Assembly (NCBI GenBank): GCA_965221455.1
Contig: OZ244890.1
Coordinates: 415,623-479,622, forward strand
Source: Gammaproteobacteria bacterium
GTDB taxonomy: Bacteria > Pseudomonadota > Gammaproteobacteria > Eutrophobiales > Eutrophobiaceae
Length of the DNA stretch: 64,000 nt
Reading direction: 5' to 3'
In this document: positions 40,819 through 50,500 of the stretch, piece by piece
How positions within the stretch are numbered: the stretch's first letter is position 1
How the letters are laid out: each line of letters opens with the position of its first letter
Program-made: the position numbers and the translations under genes
Notes under the pieces: model-generated
Database searches by the model: none
The model's input: the letters and a program-made list of their open reading frames with translations, nothing else
Told to the model about the DNA's origin: nothing

Positions 40819-41101
40819 TATCCCTGGACCTCAGACCGTATTGTTTATTCATGATCACGCCGAGTGCCATCAAAGCCACTTCCAGACGTGAACGTACCCG
40901 TAACTTACGCATTAAATTCTTAACGTGGATTTTTACAGTACCTTCACAAATACCGAGTTCTCCAGCAATCATCTTGTTTGTCATCCCTGTAGTGATCAGT
41001 CTTTGTATTTCCTGCTCTCGTGTAGTCAATGCAAGGACCTTGCCATCACCCGGTTTTTCTTCAGTGCTGTGTTTAATATTAATCAAGGCTGGATTATTCA
41101 T
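40811..41101 (-). CDS. standalone LuxR/GerE-type HTH protein (no receiver domain)
   Basis: The 96-aa protein has an HTH (TTREQEIQRLITTGMTNKMIAGELGICEGTVKIHVKNLMRKLRVRSRLEVALMA) closely resembling the DNA-binding domain of the response regulator at 16395-17048. It is wedged between the mgsA-like and mgsB-like genes with short overlaps. Confidence 0.75.
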   Translation of the reverse strand: MNNPALINIKHSTEEKPGDGKVLALTTREQEIQRLITTGMTNKMIAGELGICEGTVKIHVKNLMRKLRVRSRLEVALMALGVIMNKQYGLRSRDNE

Positions 41102-41107
41102 AAATCA

Positions 41108-42004
41108 TTACCTCTGCCAACTATAGATTGTCGCTGGTTCAGGCTCCCAGATATTTGCATTCTGTACGCCGGGTAAACAGGCCATTGAACGAAATTCAGA
41201 TGCCATTGCAACCCAATCATCTGTTTCCGCAAGAATTGCGGGCTTGGCACCAATCGGATCCCTGACAACGGCAAACCCGTCATACGTACCCACTGCAAAT
41301 GTGTAAAAACCATCCAGGTCTGCAAAACCCGCCTGCAAAGCTTCATCAAGACTTGCTCCATTTTGTAATTTCCATGTCAGATAACCTGCTGCAACTTCAC
41401 TATCGTTATCAGTCTGGAATTCCACACCCTCTCTTTGTAAAGAACGACGTAAACGATTGTGATTGGATAGTGAACCATTATGTACAAGACAGAGATCTTC
41501 CCCGGTTGAAAAAGGATGAGAAGCGGACGTTGTCACTGCGCTTTCGGTTGCCATACGCGTATGTCCCAATGCATGTGTGCCCGACATACCCGCAATGCCA
41601 AATCTATCAATAACGTCTTTTGGTAATCCCTGTTCCTTAAAGATAGTGATGTTGGTTCCTGAACTGGTCATGTACAGATCAGGATGCACATCATGCAACC
41701 AGAGTTGCAGATCTTTTGTATCAGCACTGACCGTCAGCACAGCATGATTACTGTTAAGCTCCAGTTTTGAATTTTCACCAAAGACTTCTTTTAGATCAGA
41801 AGCTAATTTGTCCCATAAATAAACCGGATCGATTGAAAGTACCGTGGTTCGGGTCATACCTTTCTCTACAGCATCACCGTACACAGCTATCCCGGCACTA
41901 TCAGGACCACGCTCGGTCATTTCGACGAGCATTGGTGATAATAAAGCACCCAGTTTATTTTCAAGTTCAGGTGCCTTTATAAAAAGCCCAACAATGCCAC
42001 ACAT
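41108..42004 (-). CDS. class II (Ntn) glutamine amidotransferase (MgsA-like paralog)
   Basis: The start at 42004 gives MCGIVGLF (catalytic Cys2) and is preceded by an RBS gggaggggg. The ORF finder extended the frame to 42022. Confidence 0.8.
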   Translation of the reverse strand: MCGIVGLFIKAPELENKLGALLSPMLVEMTERGPDSAGIAVYGDAVEKGMTRTTVLSIDPVYLWDKLASDLKEVFGENSKLELNSNHAVLTVSADTKDLQLWLHDVHPDLYMTSSGTNITIFKEQGLPKDVIDRFGIAGMSGTHALGHTRMATESAVTTSASHPFSTGEDLCLVHNGSLSNHNRLRRSLQREGVEFQTDNDSEVAAGYLTWKLQNGASLDEALQAGFADLDGFYTFAVGTYDGFAVVRDPIGAKPAILAETDDWVAMASEFRSMACLPGVQNANIWEPEPATIYSWQR

Positions 42005-42316
42005 AACCCCCCTCCCTTGCAAATATATAAATATAATTAGTTACTATAGTATCTCATCAGCTACAGCCAATAAATCCTTTCAATAATATATTATTCCTTA
42101 TATGAATAAATTTACGGACTTAGGTACTAATTTTAACCTGATTTCACGATACATTCGGTAACAGATATACTCGGTTAACGTTGTAAAACATAATACGAAA
42201 AGGGATAACATAATGTCAACTTTTAAGTAATAAAATATTACTATAAAGAATATTTTATTACGCACGAAAGACTTTTTATCGATAATTGAAATTGAATGTT
42301 CTCACCGGTCAGGCCA

Positions 42317-42970
42317 TTAATCATCGTTTCCAGCACGATAAATACAGGCAATCATTCGGATAGGCACTTGTATTAATTCCTCAGGGCCATGCGGCGCGTC
42401 CGAATCAAAAAAAAGTGAATCGCCAGGTAACATCAAGTAGGTATCGTTACCGTGTCGATAAACAACCTCTCCTTCCAACATATAGACGAACTCAATCCCG
42501 TTATGTTGAAATAAAGGAAAAACTTCGGACTCATCAGTTAAAGTGATCAGATAAGGCTCCATAGAGATCAACTTGCCAATATTATGACCCAAAAGTTGAT
42601 ATTGATGACCGGCGCGAGTGCCACGCCGCTCAATCAGTAAACCTTCTCCGGATTTTACAAAGCTGCAATCACGCTGTTCCTCATACTTACGAAACAATGA
42701 AGTCACCGGAACATTCAAGGCGCTGGCTAACGCATAGAGTGTCCCTAACGATGGTGCGGTTACACCTCTTTCAATCTTGGACAACATCCCTTGCGATAAA
42801 CCCGCCTGCTTGGCAAGCTCATCAACTGTCATTTTAAGTTGTACACGGAAAGTACGGATTTGCGAACCGACCGCAATTTCCAGTTGCTTTTCACCTTTAT
42901 CAGCAGTCACTGAATCAGGTAAATTGCTTATCTTCTCATCTGCATATTCAGATCCGGTGTTATTGGTCAT
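42317..42970 (-). CDS. XRE-family HTH plus cupin-domain transcriptional regulator (PuuR-like architecture)
   Basis: An HTH_XRE (MTVDELAKQAGLSQGMLSKIERG) precedes a C-terminal cupin barrel (GIEFVYMLEGEVVYRHGNDTYLMLPGDSLFFDSDAPHG). Confidence 0.75.
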   Translation of the reverse strand: MTNNTGSEYADEKISNLPDSVTADKGEKQLEIAVGSQIRTFRVQLKMTVDELAKQAGLSQGMLSKIERGVTAPSLGTLYALASALNVPVTSLFRKYEEQRDCSFVKSGEGLLIERRGTRAGHQYQLLGHNIGKLISMEPYLITLTDESEVFPLFQHNGIEFVYMLEGEVVYRHGNDTYLMLPGDSLFFDSDAPHGPEELIQVPIRMIACIYRAGNDD

Positions 42971-43082
42971 TCACAAAGCCCTGATAATTATTTACAGTTA
43001 TCATAATAAATATACTGTCATGGTCTTAATCCAGTCTAGTCACTTTTTACCTGAATACTTGTACCTACCTGGAGATATAGGG

Positions 43083-43128
43083 TTTACATTGTATGGCGTT
43101 TACATTGTATGGCGTTTACACTGCATTC
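43083..43128. promoter_or_regulatory. tandem 16-bp direct repeat (tttacattgtatggcg x2 plus a partial third) in a divergent promoter region
   Basis: The repeat is seen directly in the sequence. It lies between the minus-strand XRE-cupin gene (start 42970) and the plus-strand GATase1 gene (start 43156). Confidence 0.45.
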
Positions 43129-43155
43129 TTCATCTTAACAGGTCATGAAAACACT

Positions 43156-43881
43156 ATGAAAGCACTTGTGTTTCAACATATCGATATTGAACACCCCGGA
43201 ATCTTTCGAGACTTTATGCAGGAAGATGATATTGGCTGGGATACTGTTGAACTGGACCAGGGAGAGACTATCCCGGATTTCAGTCATTACGATGCATTGA
43301 TTGTGATGGGAGGACCGATGGATGTTTGGGAGGAAAATAAACATCCCTGGCTAGTCAGGGAAAAGCTCGCTATTCGACAAGCAATTGTTAACTTAAAGTT
43401 ACCTTTCCTGGGCTTTTGTCTTGGGCATCAACTGATGGCTGATGCACTTGGTGGCAAGGTTGAAAAAATGACTCAACCGGAAGTCGGTATTCTGGATATC
43501 GAACTCACTACAGACGGTGAAGCTTCCAGTCTATTTTCAGGCTCACGCAAAAAAATTAAAAGTTTGCAATGGCATGGGGCTGCGGTTACCGAAGCACCAC
43601 CTGACAGTCTTGTTCTTGCACAGTCTCCTGTTTGCGCGATACAAGCACTGCAATATGGTGAATCTGCCTTTAGTATGCAATGTCATATTGAACTGATTGA
43701 TTCCACTGTCTCGGATTGGGGAGGAATACCCGAGTATAAACAATCTCTCGAAAAAACATTGGGACCGGGTTCTTTGGATAAATTAAATAGTGCAGCTGAA
43801 AAATACATGTCCGACTTTAATCAAACAGCCGGATTGATATACAATAATTTTATCGACCAACTGAAAAAACGAACCGCATGA
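43156..43881 (+). CDS. class I glutamine amidotransferase-like protein
   Basis: The GATase1 nucleophile elbow LPFLGFCLGHQL is present. The start is taken as MKALVFQHIDIEHPG; the upstream extension to 43093 runs through the repeats. Confidence 0.7.
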   Translation: MKALVFQHIDIEHPGIFRDFMQEDDIGWDTVELDQGETIPDFSHYDALIVMGGPMDVWEENKHPWLVREKLAIRQAIVNLKLPFLGFCLGHQLMADALGGKVEKMTQPEVGILDIELTTDGEASSLFSGSRKKIKSLQWHGAAVTEAPPDSLVLAQSPVCAIQALQYGESAFSMQCHIELIDSTVSDWGGIPEYKQSLEKTLGPGSLDKLNSAAEKYMSDFNQTAGLIYNNFIDQLKKRTA

Positions 43882-44063
43882 AACCAGTCACGGCAAATTT
43901 AATATTATTTATTGTTATCGTGCTTTGTGGTTATGTCGTCGCAAACAGTACCGGAATATATAAAATTTCAGGTTTTGTTCTGGGTATACTTGCAACTTCA
44001 ACGACTATTTACATCCATTGGAAAAGCAGAAATAAAAATAATATTTAGTCGGCGTGTTTAATA

Positions 44064-44957
44064 TTATACGTGAGCAGCAAGCTGATTTTTATAATATTCC
44101 TTCTGCCGTTTGACTGCGATAACTGTATTACGCATTAAAATTGAAACTGTTACCGGACCTACACCACCCGGTACCGGAGTGATCCAGCCGGCTACCTGAC
44201 TGCAAGACTCATAATCACTATCACCAACAATCCCTGGTTTGCCATCTGGACTTTTTACCTGGTTAATACCAATATCAATCAGTGCCGCGCCGGATCCAAT
44301 AATATCCGCTGTTACCAGGCCCGGTTTTCCAACCGCAACAAATACTGCATCGGCGTGTTTGGAATGTTTCGTCACATCTCGTGTCATGTGATGACATACG
44401 GTTACCGTCGCACCTGCAGCCATTAACATGAATGCGATGGGCTTACCGACAATTTCCGAATGCCCAATGACTGTAACCTCCAAACCTTCAAGTTCAAGAT
44501 TTGTCCTGCGCAAGAGTTCTACTGCGGCAAGTGCAGTACACGGCCCTATGTCCAATTCGTTATAAACGATATTACCAATAGATGCCGGGTGCATGCCTTC
44601 TACATCTTTTAATGGATGAATCGCACTTTGCAGAACCTTGACCGGCAATTTATCCGGCACCGGCCGTTGAAGAATAATACCCGTAATACGTGGATCGGCA
44701 TTGTAGGTAAATATGACTGTTCGTATTTCCTCCAATGAAATATCTTTTGCAAAATGTCGCTCTATAAATTCAATCCCTGTTTTTTCAGCTTTATTTTTCT
44801 GGTTGCGGACATATAAATCCACAGCAGGATTATCCCCGATCTTGATTGAGACCAATCTCGGTGTCCAACCTTCCTTCTTTAAACCAATAACATCGTTAGT
44901 AAGTTCGTCAATAATGTCATTACTAATTGCTTTACCATCGAGAATTTTTGCGACCAT
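44064..44957 (-). CDS. folD: bifunctional methylenetetrahydrofolate dehydrogenase/methenyl-THF cyclohydrolase
   Basis: The 297-aa protein starts MVAKILDGKAIS.. and has the conserved FolD core (VIGHSEIVGKPIAFML, PVPGGVGPVTVSILMRNT). Confidence 0.9.
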   Translation of the reverse strand: MVAKILDGKAISNDIIDELTNDVIGLKKEGWTPRLVSIKIGDNPAVDLYVRNQKNKAEKTGIEFIERHFAKDISLEEIRTVIFTYNADPRITGIILQRPVPDKLPVKVLQSAIHPLKDVEGMHPASIGNIVYNELDIGPCTALAAVELLRRTNLELEGLEVTVIGHSEIVGKPIAFMLMAAGATVTVCHHMTRDVTKHSKHADAVFVAVGKPGLVTADIIGSGAALIDIGINQVKSPDGKPGIVGDSDYESCSQVAGWITPVPGGVGPVTVSILMRNTVIAVKRQKEYYKNQLAAHV

Positions 44958-45128
44958 ACCAAAAGTTCACTTACATGTATAAAATAGCAGCAGCACACTA
45001 TCACAAAGCCCTGGTGCGCCGATATATACTTCAAGATATATTTCTAAATGAGTATTTTCCTTTTCCGGGATTAAATTTTATAAATTGCAGATCCCGGATA
45101 AATTTTTACCGGCACCGGTGCAATAGTC

Positions 45129-45251
45129 ATGAATATTGTTGTCTGCGTTAAACAAATTCCGGATATTCGCTCTACAATAAAACCGAATGTCCAGCGCGGC
45201 TATATCGAAACAGAACGTTTCCACCGGTTTATCAACCCCGAAGATGAATGA
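45129..45251 (+). pseudogene. N-terminal fragment of ETF beta/FixA (about 40 codons), truncated
   Basis: The fragment translates to MNIVVCVKQIPDIRSTIKPNVQRGYIETERFHRFINPEDE then a stop. This matches the FixA/EtfB N-terminus (MKIVVCIKQVPD...INPYD). The rest of the gene is absent and is replaced by the repeat region. Confidence 0.5.
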
Positions 45252-45690
45252 GCTGTTGCACAGGCATTCTCCTTTCCAGTTTCCTTTGCGGGTGCGGTGA
45301 CTTTCCAGCTTCCTGTGCGTTTATGGCTTTGATCACTGCTTGTTGTCCGGTTCATGGCATACAAATGCAAGATCACTTTCACACGTTCTGCATAGCATTC
45401 GCACACCACCTGCAGCAAATCCATGATGTGTCCTCGTTGTAACCGCAGTCTCCAACGCTGTGCCATCATCATTAGTGCACCCATCGCACTTATATATTTA
45501 TGGGTATGCGTACAGCCGTTTGTGTAGTGAGTGAATCGCCCCTGATTTTGTAGACAGCAACGGTTCAGTCTATATGAGTAAAGGAGGTGTGCATGAATAA
45601 CAAAATCTATAAAGAATTTTCCGCACCAAAAGCGCTCCCCCTGCCAGGGGGAGTCCTCCGCAGGGGGTGGGGGCATATGAGTAAATCATC

Positions 45691-45894
45691 TGAACATCGT
45701 CATTCCCGCGAAAAATATGTCCTCGCAGAAGTTGTGTATTTTTTTGCGTCTTATAGATTCCCGCTTGCGCGGGAATGACGGGGTAGTGGTGCAGGAAGCG
45801 CGGAGCTTGAAAAGCAACCACCCCACCCCTGCGGGGCACCCCTCCTTGACAAGGAGGGGAGTGAGTTAGCCGACAAAGTTGAGTGACAGTAAAA
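45691..45894. repeat. 204-bp direct repeat, copy 1 (contains internal 13-bp inverted repeat cgtcattcccgcg...cgcgggaatgacg and the palindrome cccctccttgacaaggagggg)
   Basis: It is about 95% identical to 46010-46213. Confidence 0.85.
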
Positions 45895-45924
45895 TCGTCA
45901 TTCCCGCGAAAGCGGGGATCCAGA
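45895..45924. repeat. short palindromic element, variant A (tcgtcATTCCCgcgaaagcGGGgATccag)
   Basis: It is a member of the family cgtcatt-stem-aaa-stem'-aatccag. It has the same 5' half as the long inverted repeat inside the 204-bp units. Confidence 0.6.
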
Positions 45925-45940
45925 AAAACGAAGGCCTGGT

Positions 45941-45995
45941 GCCTGCCTTACGCTTTCCTGAGTTTAGTAGTGCACATGGGTGGAAAGAAAAGCCG
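45941..45995. repeat. about 55-bp repeat, copy 1 (gcctgccttacgctttcctgagtttagtagtgcacatgggtggaaagaaaagcc)
   Basis: A second copy at 47412-47477 is about 85% identical. The two copies bracket the degraded IS. Confidence 0.55.
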
Positions 45996-46009
45996 CTTAA
46001 TAAAATGAC

Positions 46010-46213
46010 TGAACATCGTCATTCCCGCGAAAAATATGTCCTCGCAGAAGTTGTGTATTTTTTTGCGTCTTATAGATTCCCGCTTGCGCGGGAATGACGG
46101 GGTAGTGGTGCAGAAAGCGCGGAGCTTGAAAAACAACCACCCCGCCCCTGCGGGGCACCCCTCCTTGACAAGGAGGGGAGTTAAGTAGCTGGCAAAGTTG
46201 AGTGACAGTAAAA
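46010..46213. repeat. 204-bp direct repeat, copy 2
   Basis: It is about 95% identical to 45691-45894, with a few point differences (g/a at three sites and the tail gtgagttagccgac versus gttaagtagctggc). Confidence 0.85.
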
Positions 46214-46500
46214 GCATTTCCCGCCCTAAAAGCTCTCCCCCTGCCAAGGGGGAGTGTAGTGGTCTAATAAATCCGTACCAGGTGATAGGTGATGAAATCA
46301 CATACTCATGGAGGTACGGCTCATGACAAAAGAACGAAAACACTTTACACCTGAGTTTAAACAAGATGCTGCCTTGTCTGGTAGTAGACCAGGACTACAG
46401 CATCAAAGAAGCCTGTCCAGTTGAGCAATTAAGCACGCACTATCGTCAAAGTGACGGCGATGATTGTCAGTAGCCAGCAGGGCTTATCGCAACAGTCACC

Positions 46501-46529
46501 TCGTCATTCCTGCGGAAGCAGGAATCCAG
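46501..46529. repeat. short palindromic element, variant B (tcgtcATTCCTGCggaaGCAGGAATccag)
   Basis: The flanks match variant A, but the stem has compensatory changes (cccgcg/cggg becomes cctgcg/cagg). Confidence 0.6.
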
Positions 46530-46701
46530 GTGCTGATTGCAACTCGTCTGAATTGCTTCGCTAAAGCTCTCCCCCTGCCAAGGGGGAGGGGGTTGCAGGG
46601 GGGAGGGAATGACGACTTACAACATCACCACAAACAATACAGACATTACCGCAACCAGCTTCCAGCATTCCATGTGACCGCCTGAAAGCATCAACCCCTG
46701 C

Positions 46702-46731
46702 CGTCATTGCGAGCAAAGCGAAGCAATCCAG
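46702..46731. repeat. short palindromic element, variant C (cgtcATTGCGAGCaaaGCgAAGCAATccag)
   Basis: The flanks are the same and the stem sequence is a third version. A reverse-orientation copy lies at 46894-46924. Confidence 0.55.
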
Positions 46732-46892
46732 TAAACTTTAAAGATAAGTCAGGATACCTTGAAATATTTGAAGATATGCAAAATGCCATTGCCAGAGAAA
46801 AATAAATTAAAGCTGACTCCCGCAAAAAGAAACCTGCCCTGATTGAAAAACACAATCCGGAATGGAACAATTTATATGAAGATATTGTTTAA

Positions 46893-47345
<453 letters not shown>

Positions 47346-47411
47346 TGAAAACAACCTATCGACTGGTACGGAAATACCGGACCACTTTAAGTACCCCGCA
47401 GGGGGGAGGGG

Positions 47412-47477
47412 GTTGTTAGTGCCTGTGCCCTGCGCTTTCCCGAGTTTAGCCATGCACATGGGTGGCAAGAAAAGCCG
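47412..47477. repeat. about 55-bp repeat, copy 2
   Basis: The sequence gcctgtgccctgcgctttcccgagtttagccatgcacatgggtggcaagaaaagcc is preceded by a gggggagggggttg motif that is also present at 46584. Confidence 0.55.
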
Positions 47478-47510
47478 GTGCAGTGAGCGTCCATGCTGTC
47501 CATGCAGCCA

Positions 47511-50500
47511 CTACTGCAAGAGTGCCTCGATATTCGTCCTGACCGCATTGAACGATGGATTGCCCGGAATGGTATCAAGCAGGCCCACCGCATCACGAAT
47601 ACCAAACAGGTAGCGACCCAGCAAGAGTCCGTCACTCTGGTTGGGATCACCGCCGCTGCCATCCACATCAAGACGACCGCTGGCGAAAGCCCCCGCAATA
47701 TTCGCCGTGACCGCACTGGCCGAGGGACTCCCGGGAATCGTATCAAGCAAGCCCGCCGCATCACGAATACCAAACAGGTAGCGGCCCAGCAAGAGTCCGT
47801 CACTCTGGTTAGGATCACCACCGCTGCCATCGACATCAAGACTTACCGCCGCTATCTCCGTCACCGTCACGGTCACGGTGGCCGCCGTGACGGTACGATA
47901 GGTGGTGTCGGTACTGGTCACCGTATGCGTGAGTCGCACGGTCTCGTCGTCTGTATCAGCGTCTTCCACTCCCGTCACGGTGATGGTTTTGGCGGTATTC
48001 CAGTCGGTGGTGCCAAACATCAGTGAGGTGGGACTCACCGTCACAGCAGCGGCATTGGAATGGGTCACGCTAATCGTCACTGCTTCCGTCGGTGGGGTAT
48101 TCAAGCGCAGCGTATACATGCCAGTCCCGCCACGTTCATGGACTGTCAGCGTCGTGGAACTCACGAACACGCCCGGGCCGTCGTTATCATTCAAGGTCAC
48201 AGCCACGGAGTCTATCGTCACGGCAGCCCCATTGTAGCCAGGGTCCGTACTTGTCGCTGTATGCGTGAGTTGCACGGTCTCGTGGTCTGTATCCGTGTCC
48301 TCAACACTACTCACCGTCACCGTCCGGGCACTGTTCCAGTTGTCTGTGGTAAACGTCAGTGAGGTGGCACTGAGGGTCACTGCAGTGGCATCGGGATTGG
48401 TCACGGTCAGCGTTACCGGCCCTGTCGGCCGGCTGCTCAGCATCAGGGTATAGCTGGTGCTGTCACCCCCTTCGGTGACATTCAGCGCGGTCGGCGACAC
48501 CCGCACACCCGCTACCGCCACCGGGTCGGAGGTCAGGCTATCGCCTCCCGCATTCGGATAACTCGCCATCACGCGCAACCACGTGCCTATCTGTGATTGG
48601 TCTGATGCAATCGTGTACGTGGCGGTATTATTGGTCCCCGGTGCGGCGGTAAACGGTCCCGCCGAGGCGGTCGCTGTCTGCCATTCATGGGTAATGGTGC
48701 CGACATCGGTAGTCGGTGAGGCGTCCGCATCGGTGACCGCGCCCGCTGTCAGCGTGCCGCCTGCTCTGGCAATGCCGGTGATGGGTCCGATGGCACCGCG
48801 ACGGTCAACCTGTACGCTATTGGAGAACAGGGTGTCGTTGAAATCCCCGCCCTGGGTCACCTGCACCCGCAGCCAGTGAGCATGGTCCGCCGCTTGCACC
48901 GTGTAGGTCGCGCTGGTGCCGTTCGTGCTGATATCTGTTGCGTTGCTACAGTCTTGAGTGGTACAGCGTTGCCATTGATGGGCGTTGATATTGACGGTCA
49001 ACGTGGGATGGCTCAGCGCACCGGCGGTCAAGATATCATCGACCCTGGCCGGGGTGTTGGGGGTACTGTCCTGGATGGCACCTAATGTCGCGGGCACCGC
49101 ATAAATATAGTTGTCGGTGGCACTCAGTTCACCGATGACTTGCCTGGTGATGGCTGCGACACTCGCTCCGATATTGCACAGCGGCGAGTTGGCTTGTGCG
49201 GTTTGTTCGGTGTTGGTCGTGGTCCCCGAGCGCACTCTTAAATCACCGCTGGCGGTACATGAACTGTCCAATAAGCGCACCCTGTTGCTGCCGGATGGTC
49301 GGTAAAACACGATTCCCGGTCCCGGGATAGCGGTCCATGAGAGGTTCGGACGGGACAGGTTGGACTTCAGGACTATATTGGTAGGGCCTGTCACGAACAG
49401 TGTTCCGCTATTCGGGGTCTCTCGCCCAGTTGTGATGAATCGAGGGGTTGTAAACGTGACTGTGCCGCCAGTGGTATCAATGTCCGTTAATTGCAGCCGA
49501 CCATCGCTGTTATTGCGGGTGAGTACCACGCTTGTGATGTCATCACTACCGTAGTTTGTCGCATCGGTATGCCCGGCCGGGCCGTTGACGAGATAGTTAT
49601 TCCAGAAGGTCGCACTCGGGCGGGCCTCGGTTTGCCCGTGGTTGGTGATGTCGGTGCCGTAGGCATTGGCACAATGGCCGCCCGTCCCGGCATTACAGGT
49701 GCGTGTCTGGTTCTTGTCGGTGATATTGCCCGCACTCCAGGCGCCCCAGCCGTCGTTGTAGTTTAGAATACCCACTGCCGTAGCCACAGACTGCTTGGTG
49801 ATGTCGTAAGGGGTGGATTGACACAGGGTACGCAGAGCCTGAGAATCTGATATGTTGGGGGTCACGCCGCCTGAGCTGCGTACCCTTGCGTCCCCGGTTC
49901 TACAATGAATCTCCACTATGTTGTCTACCCCAGGGAGAAATATCCGTCCCGGTCCCGGAATAGCGGCGAAGCCCCCGGTAAACGGGTTGTGCCAGTCGTT
50001 GTCGCCCGCATTCCAGGCGGCGAGGAAGTTGGCGAAGGCCGGGAACGCCCCGAGTAGGGTGGTTCGGAAAGGGAACGACAAGTTGAGGGGCCCTGACTGC
50101 CGGTCATACCACACCTTCAGCGTGGTCGGGCTGATAATCTCCGACATGCCTATCTGAGTCCACCCGCCGGTCGGAATCCCGGAATTCGGGTATAGGACCG
50201 GATTGGTGCCTTCCGGGCAGGGGGTGTTCGGGCCGGGAGTGCCGACGACGTTGACACTGCACGTCCGCCGGGTCGTCAGCGTCTCATTATTGATTGTCCC
50301 GGTGTAGGTGTACGATGCCGTATCCGGTACCGGTACGTCTGCGGACATCGGGGCATTGAACGCGGTATTTAGACTGGCTGCGGCAATCTTGTTGGCGTTG
50401 TATGAGTTGGTTATCTCTAGCGGGGTCGAGCAAAAGTTGGTGTTGCCTTCCAGCGTGTCCATCATCCCCGTCTTTATCAGGCTGGTGCCGGAGGTGGCGG

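Noticed and set aside
45691-46213. Possible CRISPR array, because of the direct repeats.
   Set aside because: There are only two long (204-bp) copies separated by 115 bp. There are no short regular repeat-spacer units and no cas genes.
45200-46364. ORFs of 63-158 aa across the repeat region (45200-45676, 45570-45839, 45587-45778, 45879-46097, 45948-46364).
   Set aside because: They are generated by the 204-bp duplicated unit (two share an identical C-terminus) and palindromes. They have no protein-like features.
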